NCBI GenBank assembly: GCA_045586445.1
Contig: JAZNAJ010000214.1
Coordinates: forward strand, 1-60,781
Source of the DNA: Clostridia bacterium
GTDB lineage: Bacteria; Bacillota; Clostridia; Monoglobales; Monoglobaceae
Direction of reading: 5' to 3'
DNA: 60,781 nt
Part shown: one piece after another, positions 11,149 through 20,850 of the stretch
Numbering within the stretch: the first letter of the stretch is position 1
How the letters are laid out: every line of letters starts with the position of its first letter
The notes under the pieces: generated by a model
What the model was told of the DNA's origin: nothing
The model's input: only the letters and a program-made list of their open reading frames with translations
Databases searched by the model: none
Made by a program: the position numbers and the translations under genes

Positions 11149-11260
11149 TTAATTTATTAAAATACATTTGGGTTGTAACGATGTGTCGCACCCTGTAGCC
11201 TGAGAGAAGTAGTCCGAAACCCGATTGCTTCATTCAGGCTAAATTTAAATGGTGGTTTTT

Positions 11261-13312
11261 ATGAAACTCAAGGACAGTATCCAATATGTTAAAGGAATAG
11301 GTGAGGCAAGAGCCAAACTTTTTGCAAAGCTTGGTATTTTTTGTGTTGAAGACCTTCTTCTTCATCTGCCACGCAGTCTTGAAGACCGCAGTCAAGTGAA
11401 AACCATTGCCGACCTTATGGACGGTGAAACCGTTTGTGTTAAAGCCGCACTTGCGTCAGGGGTAAAGACCTATCGTGCCAGAAATCGTGTTACTGTTACT
11501 CAGGCTACCGTAAGCGATGGCGCCAATTTGATGAAAGTTACCTGGTTTAATTCGCCGTATATTGCAAACACACTTAAAACAGGCGGTGAATTTACCTTCT
11601 TTGGCAAAGCAATTTATCGCGGGCAATATTTTGAAATGATAAACCCTGTAACTGAAAGTGAATTTGGCAACAAAAAAACAGGGAAAATTCTCCCCATCTA
11701 TCCTGCAACCCAAGGGCTGGGGCAAACCAATATTCGCGGTGCTGTTGAAACTGTTCTTGCTGCTCTTGACGAGATGCCTGCCGATATTCTTCCTGCAAGC
11801 ACTGTTCAAGAAAACAATCTTATCCCGTTTTTTTCCGCACTCAAATCATTGCACGCCCCTGCCTCCTCTGCTGAATTTGAAGAGGGGCGCAAGCGCCTTG
11901 CTTTTGAAGAATTGCTGATTCTTCAGCTGGGAATCCTTTCCATAGGTAAAGAGAGACGCAACTACACAGCAACGCCTATACATAATGTCAAGTGCATAGC
12001 TGATTTTGCTAAGGACTTGCCCTTTTCTCTTACAAACGCTCAAAAACGGGTTATCAATGAAATTGCAGCCGACCTTACTAAAACAACGCCTATGAACAGG
12101 CTTGTTCAAGGGGATGTTGGTTCAGGAAAGACCATCGTTGCCGCAGCGGCAATGTATGCCGCTGTAAAATCAGGCTACCAGTCCTTGATGATGGCACCAA
12201 CCGAAATTCTTGCTATGCAGCATTACAAGAATTTAAAAAAGCTTTTTGAACCACTTGGCTACGAAACCGTACTATTAAGCGGTGGAATGACGGCAGCAAA
12301 TCGCCGCGAAGCGCTTTCCAAAATAAAATCAGGCGAGGCATCAATAATAGTCGGAACACACGCGCTTATCTCTGCCGGTGTTGAATATAAAAATCCCGCC
12401 TTGGTTATAACCGATGAGCAACACCGATTTGGTGTTAAGCAACGGACCTTACTTACCGAAAAAGGGTTTGGAGCACATACACTGGTTATGACTGCCACCC
12501 CCATTCCCCGAACACTTTCACTTATTCTTTATGGAGACCTTGATGTGTCGGTAATTGATGAGCTGCCTCCAGGTAGAAAGCCCATCGAAACCTATGGTAT
12601 GAATGAAAAATCAAGGAAAAAAGCCTTTGATTTTATTGCAAAAAACATTGACGAGGGAAGGCAAGCCTATATAATATGCCCACTCATTGAGGAGTCCGAG
12701 GCACTTGTCGCCAAGTCCGCAGTTGAGTATGCAGATAAACTCAAAACTTCCGTATTCAGCAAATACTCGGTAGAAGTTCTGCACGGAAGAATAAAGCCAA
12801 CCGAACGAAATGAAATTATGAAAAGGTTTGCCGATGGCGAGATTGATATTCTGGTGTCAACCACCGTTGTTGAGGTCGGTGTTGATGTGCCAAATGCAAC
12901 TGTTATGCTGATTGAAAATGCAGAAAGATTTGGGCTTTCGCAGCTGCACCAATTAAGGGGAAGAATTGGCAGAGGGCAGCACGATTCATATTGCCTTATG
13001 TTTTCAGACGGAGGCAAAATCGCTGAAGAACGCATAAAAATTATGTGCGAAACCAATGATGGTTTTAAAATTTCTGAAAAAGACCTGGAACTTCGTGGGC
13101 CTGGCGAGTTTTTTGGTATTCGCCAACATGGGTTGCCGGAATTAAAGGTTGCCAATTTGGCAACAGATATGCTTATGCTTTCACAGGCGAAAAAAGCTGC
13201 CGAAAAAATCCTTTCACTGGACCCCGAACTTAAAAATCCCGAAAATCAACCCTTAAAAGAAAAAATCCATTCACGCTTTTTGGAAGTGAGCGAAAACGGA
13301 ATACTTAATTAA
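11261..13312 (+). CDS. recG: ATP-dependent DNA helicase RecG
   Basis: Wedge domain, Walker A GDVGSGKT, DEQHRFG and QLRGRIGRG. MKLKDSIQYVKGIGEARAKLF is a typical RecG start; the track ORF begins at 11249. Confidence 0.92.
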   Translation: MKLKDSIQYVKGIGEARAKLFAKLGIFCVEDLLLHLPRSLEDRSQVKTIADLMDGETVCVKAALASGVKTYRARNRVTVTQATVSDGANLMKVTWFNSPYIANTLKTGGEFTFFGKAIYRGQYFEMINPVTESEFGNKKTGKILPIYPATQGLGQTNIRGAVETVLAALDEMPADILPASTVQENNLIPFFSALKSLHAPASSAEFEEGRKRLAFEELLILQLGILSIGKERRNYTATPIHNVKCIADFAKDLPFSLTNAQKRVINEIAADLTKTTPMNRLVQGDVGSGKTIVAAAAMYAAVKSGYQSLMMAPTEILAMQHYKNLKKLFEPLGYETVLLSGGMTAANRREALSKIKSGEASIIVGTHALISAGVEYKNPALVITDEQHRFGVKQRTLLTEKGFGAHTLVMTATPIPRTLSLILYGDLDVSVIDELPPGRKPIETYGMNEKSRKKAFDFIAKNIDEGRQAYIICPLIEESEALVAKSAVEYADKLKTSVFSKYSVEVLHGRIKPTERNEIMKRFADGEIDILVSTTVVEVGVDVPNATVMLIENAERFGLSQLHQLRGRIGRGQHDSYCLMFSDGGKIAEERIKIMCETNDGFKISEKDLELRGPGEFFGIRQHGLPELKVANLATDMLMLSQAKKAAEKILSLDPELKNPENQPLKEKIHSRFLEVSENGILN

Positions 13313-13376
13313 AATTTATAAAGCCTCTGATTCGGCAGAAAGTAAGCTGCTGCATCAAGCTGTTGAAATAGTTTAA

Positions 13377-13664
13377 GGCGGATTGAATGCCATAATCGAG
13401 GATTGTGTTGCCAAGCTGATGGACAGACAAGCCTACGCAGGCAGCGTTGCCACCTTTGACAGGCTGGTTCGCACCTGTCTGACAGCAGGTATACCCTTTG
13501 TGGATGTTATAAAAATGGCAACTTAAGTGCCGGCAAGAATTGTCGGTTGTGATGACCACAAGGGTAAAATCTCGGTTGGAATAGATGCAGATATCGTTAT
13601 TTTTGACAAAAATATAAGTATGAAAAATGTATTCATCAAGGGCTTTGATGTGCTTGGAAAATAA
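13377..13664 (+). pseudogene. relic of the C-terminal ~95 codons of a NagA-type amidohydrolase, with an in-frame TAA
   Basis: The frame reads ...AGSVATFDRLVRTCLTAGIPFVDVIKMAT*VPARIVGCDDHKGKISVGIDADIVIFDKNISMKNVFIKGFDVLGK*. It matches the NagA C-terminal pattern (MA..NPA..G...KG.I..G.DAD.V.FD). There is an internal stop at 13524-13526, no N-terminal catalytic part and no start codon. Confidence 0.6.
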
Positions 13665-13694
13665 TTTTTGTAAACCTGTTATATTAAGTGAAAT

Positions 13695-13734
13695 AAAAAC
13701 TCCGCCAACCCCCTTTGGGGTTGACGGAGTTTTT
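13695..13734 (+). terminator. rho-independent terminator
   Basis: Stem ctccgccaacccc / ggggttgacggag (1 mismatch), 4-nt loop, followed by TTTTT. Confidence 0.7.
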
Positions 13735-13746
13735 GTTATATCCAAT

Positions 13747-13787
13747 AAATCAAAGAGGTGCGAAAATCCATCGCACCTCTTTGATTT
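13747..13787 (-). terminator. rho-independent terminator downstream of rbr
   Basis: Perfect 17-bp stem aaatcaaagaggtgcga / tcgcacctctttgattt, flanked by A/T runs. Confidence 0.75.
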
Positions 13788-13811
13788 ATTGTTAAAATAC
13801 TTGTTTTGAGC

Positions 13812-14354
13812 TTATTTAAAGTAGCGGTTGAGAAGTCCCTCGAATGCCTTGCCGTGCCGAGCTTCGTCGCGTTCCATTTCGTGCACGGTATCATGGATTG
13901 CATCAAGGTTTGCAGCCTTTGCTCTTTTTGCCAGGTCAAACTTGCCTGCTGTTGCACCATTTTCTGCATCAACTCTCATTTCAAGGTTCTTCTTTGTTGA
14001 GTCTGTTACAACTTCACCAAGAAGTTCTGCAAACTTTGCAGCATGCTCGGCTTCTTCGTAGGCTGCTTTTTCCCAATAAAGACCTATTTCGGGATAACCC
14101 TCACGGTGAGCAACTCTTGCCATTGCAAGATACATACCAACCTCGCAACACTCGCCCTCGAAGTTTGCTCTGAGATCCATAATGATATCCTCGCTAACGC
14201 CCTTTGCTACGCCAACAACATGTTCTGCCGCCCAGCTTCTTTCGCCTGACTGTTCTGCAAACTTTTCAGCAGGAACGCCACACTGTGGGCATTTTTCGGG
14301 TGCTGAATCTCCCTCGTGAACATAACCGCATACTGAACATACAAATTTTTTCAT
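13812..14354 (-). CDS. rbr: reverse rubrerythrin (N-terminal rubredoxin-like domain, C-terminal di-iron ferritin-like domain)
   Basis: N-terminal CSVCGY...CPQCG motif, then a four-helix region with paired E..H motifs ([10 protein letters not shown]..., [16 protein letters not shown]). The domain order is reversed relative to classical rubrerythrin. Confidence 0.88.
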   Translation of the reverse strand: MKKFVCSVCGYVHEGDSAPEKCPQCGVPAEKFAEQSGERSWAAEHVVGVAKGVSEDIIMDLRANFEGECCEVGMYLAMARVAHREGYPEIGLYWEKAAYEEAEHAAKFAELLGEVVTDSTKKNLEMRVDAENGATAGKFDLAKRAKAANLDAIHDTVHEMERDEARHGKAFEGLLNRYFK

Positions 14355-14365
14355 AATTTTTCCCC

Positions 14366-14755
14366 CTAAATTTTGTTTTTACATTTTGCGCATTTTCCAA
14401 AAAATATGGTTGAATGCTTATAGATTTCGCCATTAAATAGCTTTGCTGCCCATAAGTTCAGCTCGTTGAGAGGTTCTGCTTCGATATCATCAATGGCACC
14501 GCAATCGGTACACATAACATGATAATGAGGAGAAGAGTTGCCATCAAAATGTTCTGTACCCGTACCGAGCCCCAGCTTGACTATCATATGTTCATCGGAC
14601 AGCTTTGCAAGATTTCGATAAACCGTGCCAAGGCTTATATTTGGAATTTGCTTTCGCACTTCTTCATAAACCCAGTCCGCAGTAGGGTGAACTTTTGTAT
14701 TTTGAAGCACCCCAAGAATAGCCTCTCTTTGTTTGCTTCTTTTTGATGTGTTCAT
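14366..14755 (-). CDS. Fur-family transcriptional regulator, probably PerR-like
   Basis: 129 aa with a winged helix ([10 protein letters not shown]) and two CxxC pairs (CTDCG, CAKCK). It sits directly upstream of rubrerythrin. Confidence 0.85.
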   Translation of the reverse strand: MNTSKRSKQREAILGVLQNTKVHPTADWVYEEVRKQIPNISLGTVYRNLAKLSDEHMIVKLGLGTGTEHFDGNSSPHYHVMCTDCGAIDDIEAEPLNELNLWAAKLFNGEIYKHSTIFFGKCAKCKNKI

Positions 14756-14806
14756 AACAAAACCTCATTAATTTATTTGCCTTGTGGCTTGATTATAATA
14801 TAATAA

Positions 14807-14821
14807 TGATAATCATTACTA
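14807..14821. promoter_or_regulatory. candidate Fur/PerR-type operator
   Basis: TGATAATCATTACTA versus the Fur box TGATAATNATTATCA. It lies in the very AT-rich region upstream of the Fur-family gene. Confidence 0.4.
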
Positions 14822-14948
14822 TTATTATATCAGGAATTTTATATTTGTCAATAGTTTTTATAAATTTTTTCAAAAAATTTAAATGTTGCAAAGGTGCTTA
14901 TAAGGCAGCCCCGCAACATTTAAAAAGCACAATATTTTTGATGTATTT

Positions 14949-15734
14949 TTACATAAATCCAATCAGGCTTAGTGCCATAACCGCCATTCCCGTAACCAGA
15001 CCATAAACCGCCAGATGCGTATTGTTGTCTGCCTGTGCCGCGGGCAAAAGCTCATCTACCGAGATAAAGACCATTACCCCTGCAACCACCGCAAAAACAA
15101 CCGCAGTCAGCTCATCGCTGATAAAGGGCATAAGCAATAAATAGCCTATAATTGCACCGATTGGTTCTGCCATACCTGATGCAAATGAATACCAGAAGCC
15201 TTTGGCTTTGCTTCCTGTTGCATAATAAACAGGATCCGCCACCGCAATTCTCTCGGGTATGTTGTGTATTGCTATTGCCACCACTATAGGGATTGCCATA
15301 ACAGGGGATTGAAGCGCCGAAACAAATGTTGCCATCCCCTCGGGGAAGTTGTGAACGCCAAGTGCCAGTGCTGTTACCAATCCTGTACGCATAAGCCTGT
15401 TGTTTTTTATGGTTTTGCTTTCGTTTTGCGGAAGTGTGGGTTCGGGGATTAACCTGTCAATCATCGCCGCAAGAAGTATTCCCCCAAAAAATCCTATAAC
15501 CGCATACGAGGTGCCCAGCTTGCCGCCAAAGGCTGCCCCCAAACTGTTCACCGCCTTTGCCATCAGTTCCATAAACGACACATAAAGCATCACGCCTGCA
15601 GATACGCCTAGCGTAAATGCCAAAAACTTTTTGTTTGTCTTTTTAGAAAAAAACGCAATAACACCACCTACACTTGTGGATAAACCGGCAAGTGCAGTCA
15701 GCATTATTGCGATAAATACATTATTCATCCTCAA
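14949..15734 (-). CDS. zupT: ZIP family metal (zinc) transporter, ZupT-like
   Basis: 261 aa, 8 predicted TM segments, HNFPEG and HNIPE motifs. Confidence 0.85.
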   Translation of the reverse strand: MRMNNVFIAIMLTALAGLSTSVGGVIAFFSKKTNKKFLAFTLGVSAGVMLYVSFMELMAKAVNSLGAAFGGKLGTSYAVIGFFGGILLAAMIDRLIPEPTLPQNESKTIKNNRLMRTGLVTALALGVHNFPEGMATFVSALQSPVMAIPIVVAIAIHNIPERIAVADPVYYATGSKAKGFWYSFASGMAEPIGAIIGYLLLMPFISDELTAVVFAVVAGVMVFISVDELLPAAQADNNTHLAVYGLVTGMAVMALSLIGFM

Positions 15735-15811
15735 CCAACCTTTCTGTATAAATATGCTATTAACATAATATACACCAGATTGGAATTGGTGTCATTGAGA
15801 GTTTTGGTCAA

Positions 15812-16612
15812 TTAATCAATACAACCATCCAAAATTCTTATAATTTTTCTGGGACATTTTTCGGCACACACTCCGCAGCCCACACACTTTGAATAGTCTA
15901 TAACAGCACAGTTGTCCACAACAGATATTGCCTGTGCCTCACAATTTTTTGCACAAATTCCGCAGCCTATGCAACCAACAGTGCAAGCAAAGCGGGTATC
16001 CTTGCCCTTGTCCTTTGATGAGCAAGCCACCACATCCTTTGCCGAATAGGGAATCCTTTTGATTATCTGTCTGGGACATTCTGCCATACAAGCACCACAA
16101 TTTGTACATTTTTCGCGGTCTACCACTGCTACTCCCTTTTGAATTGATAATGCACCAAACTTACATTTTGCAACACAAGAGCCAAAGCCAAGGCAACCAA
16201 AGGAGCATTCCTTCATTCCTCCGCCAAGACGGTTTGCTACATGACAATCTATGCTCTCATTGTTTTCAAACCTGTTCTTTGCAGCCTCGCTTGAGCCAGA
16301 ACACATTACAAAAGCGGTCATCTTTTCTGTTTTTTGTGCCTTTACGCCCATAATATCGGCAATTTTGCCTGCTGCAGTATCGCCGCCCACAGGGCAACAA
16401 TTAACCGGTGCTTCGCCTTTGACAATTGCTTCTGCCGCAGCAGCGCAGCCTGCAAAGCCACAACCACCGCAATTTGCACCCGGCAAACATTCCTCAACCA
16501 GAGGAATTCTTTCGTCTTTTTCAACTGCAAATATTTTAGCCGCAACAGCAAGCAAGGCACCAAAAATAAGTCCCATACCGCCGATTGCCAAAATCGGTAA
16601 TAAAATTTCCAC
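15812..16612 (-). CDS. rnfB: Rnf electron transport complex subunit B
   Basis: N-terminal membrane anchor and several CxxCxxCxxxC(P) ferredoxin motifs. Last gene of the rnf cluster. Confidence 0.9.
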   Translation of the reverse strand: MEILLPILAIGGMGLIFGALLAVAAKIFAVEKDERIPLVEECLPGANCGGCGFAGCAAAAEAIVKGEAPVNCCPVGGDTAAGKIADIMGVKAQKTEKMTAFVMCSGSSEAAKNRFENNESIDCHVANRLGGGMKECSFGCLGFGSCVAKCKFGALSIQKGVAVVDREKCTNCGACMAECPRQIIKRIPYSAKDVVACSSKDKGKDTRFACTVGCIGCGICAKNCEAQAISVVDNCAVIDYSKCVGCGVCAEKCPRKIIRILDGCID

Positions 16613-16624
16613 TGTAATTCCTCC

Positions 16625-17215
16625 TTAAAAGCTAAGTCCTGAAAAGCCCATAAATGCAATAGATAAAAGCCCTGCCGTAATCAAAGTTATTGGCATACCC
16701 TTAAGAAATCCGGGGATATCCGCGTTTTCAAGGCGTTCTCTTACTCCGGCAAAAAGTACAATTGCAAGAGTAAACCCAAGCCCCGCTGTGGCGCCATAAA
16801 CCACCGACTTGATAAAGCTGAACTGTGCGCCACCGAACTTGGTTATGTTTTGAATTGCCACGCCAAGCACCGCGCAGTTGGTTGTAATGAGCGGAAGATA
16901 AATTCCAAGGGAATTATAAAGTGCGGGAACCGATTTTTGCAAAAACATCTCAACAAACTGAACCAACACCGCTATAACCAAAATAAAGGCAATGGTTTGC
17001 AAATATTCAATATTGAACAAAATCAAAAGCTGCTGCACCGCCCAGGTGATTGCTGACGCACACGCCATAACAAAAACCACCGCAAGTCCCATGCCAACCG
17101 CAGTTTCTACCTTTTTGGAAACGCCAAGGAACGGGCAGATGCCAAGAAACTGTACCAAAACAAAGTTCTGTATAAAAATTGCACCGATACTGATAATAAG
17201 TAAATCTTTAATCAA
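16625..17215 (-). CDS. rnfA: Rnf complex subunit A
   Basis: 196 aa polytopic protein, RnfA/NqrE-like. Confidence 0.9.
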   Translation of the reverse strand: MIKDLLIISIGAIFIQNFVLVQFLGICPFLGVSKKVETAVGMGLAVVFVMACASAITWAVQQLLILFNIEYLQTIAFILVIAVLVQFVEMFLQKSVPALYNSLGIYLPLITTNCAVLGVAIQNITKFGGAQFSFIKSVVYGATAGLGFTLAIVLFAGVRERLENADIPGFLKGMPITLITAGLLSIAFMGFSGLSF

Positions 17216-17816
17216 CTTTGTCTGCCCCCTTCCCCCGTTTTGATGAGATAATGTTTATTACCATAACTATAAGGCCCAAAGTTATAAAAGCTCCGGGTGG
17301 CAAAATCATAATTGTCATGGGGCTGAAGCTCTTGCCAAAGAGAGATATTCCAAAGAATGTGCCTGCACCCACAATTTCTCTGACCGAGCCGATTATTGTA
17401 AGAGCGGCGGTAAAACCAATGCCCATACCAAACCCGTCAACCGCTGATTTGAGGGGGCTGTTTTTTGAAGCAAATGCCTCTGCTCTGCCCAAAATTATAC
17501 AGTTTACAACTATCAATGGAATATAGATACCAAGGGACTGGGAAACCGACTGGGCGTATGCCTTGAGTATCATCTCGATAACAGTAACAAAGCTTGCAAT
17601 CACAACCACATACGCTGCAATTCTTACTTTGTCGGGAATAAAATTGCGAAGCAGCGATATGAATATGTTAGAAAAAACCAACACTACCATAGTGGAAAGT
17701 CCCATTCCCACCGCATTAAAAGCGCTTGTTGTAACCGCCAAGGTCGGACACATACCCAAGAACAAAACAAATGTGGGGTTTTCCTTGATAATACCATTCA
17801 GAAATGTTTTATTCAT
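17208..17816 (-). CDS. rnfE: Rnf complex subunit E
   Basis: 202 aa polytopic protein, RnfE/NqrD-like. Overlaps rnfA by 8 nt. Confidence 0.9.
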   Translation of the reverse strand: MNKTFLNGIIKENPTFVLFLGMCPTLAVTTSAFNAVGMGLSTMVVLVFSNIFISLLRNFIPDKVRIAAYVVVIASFVTVIEMILKAYAQSVSQSLGIYIPLIVVNCIILGRAEAFASKNSPLKSAVDGFGMGIGFTAALTIIGSVREIVGAGTFFGISLFGKSFSPMTIMILPPGAFITLGLIVMVINIISSKRGKGADKVD

Positions 17817-18475
17817 TATTTTGCCACCCCGCCTTCTGATATCTGTTCCTTTGTTTCCTTCTTGATTTTTTCCAATTTTTTAGCCGTTTCTTCTGTAATA
17901 GTACTATTGTTTTTCACCTTGGCGGTTTCAAGGGCTGCGTTCACGCAATTTGTAACCGCTTTTGAGGTGATGGTAGCACTTGCAATCGCCGATATTTCGT
18001 CGCTTCGGGCATCACCTTTTACAACACTTAGTTCTTTGTTTGCACCAATAAACTGGTCAATGAACTGAGGTTTTGAGGCGTTTGCACCAAGACCTGCCGT
18101 TTCGGCTGCTTCCATAATTTTAACTCTTGTAACCTTCATATCCTTGTCTATGCCAACCATGGTCCTGATATCACCGCCATAACCCTCGTGAGAGGTTACT
18201 GTTACAACATAGCCGCAAACTTTTCCGCCTTCTTTGTCAAAGCCTGCACTTACCTTATTGATTGTAACACCTAAACGGTCAATGGTTGGGATTTCTCCCG
18301 TAACAAAGGTTTTTGCATCCGGCAAAACCTCTTGTTGAAGGCTGATCTCAAGCGCTTCATTGTTTTTTGCAATTATAGGGGTGGTAATCTTGTTTACCGC
18401 TGCAAGACAAAGTGCCGCTGCCGCAGTAATTATAAAAAGCTTTAAAGATACCGAAAGTACTTCTTTATTAAGCAT
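17816..18475 (-). CDS. rnfG: Rnf complex subunit G (FMN-binding)
   Basis: Single N-terminal TM segment plus an FMN-binding domain (SGATITS-like SATITSKAV). The start is moved to the ATG at 18475 (MLNKEVL...), which overlaps the rnfD stop. Confidence 0.88.
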   Translation of the reverse strand: MLNKEVLSVSLKLFIITAAAALCLAAVNKITTPIIAKNNEALEISLQQEVLPDAKTFVTGEIPTIDRLGVTINKVSAGFDKEGGKVCGYVVTVTSHEGYGGDIRTMVGIDKDMKVTRVKIMEAAETAGLGANASKPQFIDQFIGANKELSVVKGDARSDEISAIASATITSKAVTNCVNAALETAKVKNNSTITEETAKKLEKIKKETKEQISEGGVAK

Positions 18476-19472
18476 CTGCACCTGCCCCCTTTTTTGTTCT
18501 TGATGCACCAAAACGCCTGGGTGCTGTGTATTTGTTAATCAGTGGGGTTGCAACATTCATAATCAAAATGGAATATGATACTCCTTCAGGATATCCGCCC
18601 CAATGCCTGATGATTGAGGTAAGCAGGCCACAGCCTATACCAAATACAATCTGGCCTTTTGGGGTGTATGGTGTTGTAACATAATCGGTTGCCATAAAAA
18701 ATGCGCCCAGCACAAGTCCACCCGAAAGCAGGTGGTAAAGTGTATCACCCGTGAACATTCCATCTTTTCCCCCAAACACAAATGTAAAGACTGCTACCGT
18801 CAAAAGATAGCTTGCGGGAATTTTTAAATCAATCACTCGTCTTGCCAAAAGGTAAATCGCACCGATAAGCAGTGCCAGGGTGGAAACTTCGCCTATGCAA
18901 CCACCAATATTTCCAAAAAACATATCCATATATCCGGGGAGCTCGCCGCCATTTTTTATAAGGGCAAGGGGCGTCGCCGAAGAAACAGCGTCCACGGAGC
19001 CTAAAGCCGCGGTGTTGCTAAACGGAGCTACCCAGGTTGTCATAGGTTGAGCCCACGATGTAAGCAAAAATGCCCGCGCTGCGAGAGCGGGATTCATAAA
19101 GTTGTGTCCGATGCCTCCAAAAAACTGTTTTACAACAACTATTGCAAAAAGAGCCCCGATAATGGTCATCCAAAACGGCATTGTAACCGGCAGATTAAGT
19201 GCAAGCAAAAGTCCCGTTACCACTGCACTGAAATCGCCTATGGTTGACGGTTTTTTTAATATGCGGCACCAAAGCCATTCAAATAATACACAAGCCGCAA
19301 CCGAAACCGCTGACAGAATTGCCGCACGATAACCAAAAATCATCACACCTGCGATAAGCGTTGGTATAAGTGCGATAATCACATCCAGCATTATCCCTGT
19401 TGTCTGGGTGCCCTGCCTGATATGAGGGGACTCGGTAACAACAAGTTTTTCTTTCAAATTCTCAAATGCCAT
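18468..19472 (-). CDS. rnfD: Rnf complex subunit D
   Basis: Polytopic RnfD/NqrB-like protein with MAFENLKEKLVVTESPHIR start. The ATG at 19472 overlaps the rnfC stop (TAATG). Confidence 0.9.
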   Translation of the reverse strand: MAFENLKEKLVVTESPHIRQGTQTTGIMLDVIIALIPTLIAGVMIFGYRAAILSAVSVAACVLFEWLWCRILKKPSTIGDFSAVVTGLLLALNLPVTMPFWMTIIGALFAIVVVKQFFGGIGHNFMNPALAARAFLLTSWAQPMTTWVAPFSNTAALGSVDAVSSATPLALIKNGGELPGYMDMFFGNIGGCIGEVSTLALLIGAIYLLARRVIDLKIPASYLLTVAVFTFVFGGKDGMFTGDTLYHLLSGGLVLGAFFMATDYVTTPYTPKGQIVFGIGCGLLTSIIRHWGGYPEGVSYSILIMNVATPLINKYTAPRRFGASRTKKGAGADA

Positions 19473-20836
19473 TATTTTTTCGCCTCCCTGAGTTTCATCT
19501 TGCCTGTGCGTATATACTGCAATGGGTTTTGTTCTGCCGGACAAACATATGAGCATGAGCCACACTGGATACAATCCATAATTCCCAACTTGTCAAGTTT
19601 TTCTGTGTCATTCATCACAACCGCTTCCTTTATTGCGTTGGGAAGAAGATTCATCGGGCAACCCGATACACACTTGCCACAGCTCAGACAATTTTGGGTA
19701 GCTCTGTCAGGAACCATATCTTCGCTGAAAGCGAGCATTCCTGATGAGCCTTTGATAACAGGAACATCAAGGCTACTCATTGCCGCACCCATCATAGGTC
19801 CGCCCATAATCAGTTTTGAAGTCGGCTTTTTAAAACCGCCACATACCTTTGCAATGTATTCAAAACTTGTACCTATTGGAACTCTGAGGTTTTGCGGTTC
19901 AGCTATTCCGTCTCCGCTGATGGTAAGAATTCGTTTAGTCAGCGGCAAGCCACCGAGCACCGCTCTGGCAATAGCCGCACAGGAGTCAATGTTGTTTACC
20001 ACCGCTCCCACATCCATAGGCAGCTTGCCTGACGGCACACTTCTGCCCGTAACTGCTTTGATAAGATGTTTTTCTGAGCCTTGCGGATACTTGGTTTTGA
20101 CCTCAACCACCTTAATTTCCACATCTTTTTCAAGGGCTGCCCTCTGTTTCATAACTTTGATTGCATCGGGTTTGTTTGTTTCGATAGCTATGTAACCCGT
20201 CTTAAGTCCAAACACCTTCATAGTCAGCTTAAGTCCGTTTATTATATCATCGGGAGTTTCAATCATAGCACGATGGTCAGATGTGAGGTATGGCTCGCAC
20301 TCGGCACCGTTGATAATAACATAATCTATCTTTTTGTCCGCAGGCGGGCTGAGTTTTACATGTGTTGGAAACGCCGCTCCGCCCATACCAACAATACCCG
20401 CTTCGCGGATACTTTCGATTATTTCTTTTGGGGAAACATTGTCCATAGAATACTTTTTCATATCCCGGCACAATTCGTCAAGTCCATCGTTTTCGACAAC
20501 AATTGACAAAACTTTTGTACCAAGGGGATGAAGCCTTGGCTCGATAGCACTTACCGTACCGGAAACTGAGGAATGAATGTTTGCCGACACAAATCCCTGT
20601 GCTTCGGCAATTTTTTGTCCTGCCAGAACTCTGTCGCCCACTTCAACACAGGGAACAGCCGGAGCTCCTATATGCTGTTGAAGGGGAAAAACCAATGTTT
20701 CGGGAGCCGAAATGTCAATTATCGCTTTTTTTTCTGTACTGCCTTTCATACATTTGGGATGTATACCGCCACTGAAGGTAAAAACCTCCTGCTTGCCTAC
20801 TGCCCTCCTGAGCCAATTAAGGTCTAATTTGTTCAT
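19472..20836 (-). CDS. rnfC: Rnf complex subunit C
   Basis: 454 aa with an NADH/FMN-binding fold and two 4Fe-4S motifs (CLSCGKCVSGCP, CIQCGSCSYVCP). Confidence 0.92.
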   Translation of the reverse strand: MNKLDLNWLRRAVGKQEVFTFSGGIHPKCMKGSTEKKAIIDISAPETLVFPLQQHIGAPAVPCVEVGDRVLAGQKIAEAQGFVSANIHSSVSGTVSAIEPRLHPLGTKVLSIVVENDGLDELCRDMKKYSMDNVSPKEIIESIREAGIVGMGGAAFPTHVKLSPPADKKIDYVIINGAECEPYLTSDHRAMIETPDDIINGLKLTMKVFGLKTGYIAIETNKPDAIKVMKQRAALEKDVEIKVVEVKTKYPQGSEKHLIKAVTGRSVPSGKLPMDVGAVVNNIDSCAAIARAVLGGLPLTKRILTISGDGIAEPQNLRVPIGTSFEYIAKVCGGFKKPTSKLIMGGPMMGAAMSSLDVPVIKGSSGMLAFSEDMVPDRATQNCLSCGKCVSGCPMNLLPNAIKEAVVMNDTEKLDKLGIMDCIQCGSCSYVCPAEQNPLQYIRTGKMKLREAKK

Positions 20837-20850
20837 TTTATGTCACCGCC

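Noticed and set aside
13305-13745. 146-aa minus-strand ORF after recG
   Set aside because: It is the mirror image of the NagA-like remnant on the plus strand. It has no RBS and odd composition, and it runs through two terminators.
19422-20195. 257-aa plus-strand ORF
   Set aside because: It is antisense to rnfC. It is Ser/Pro/Leu-rich with no motifs, so it is a shadow ORF.
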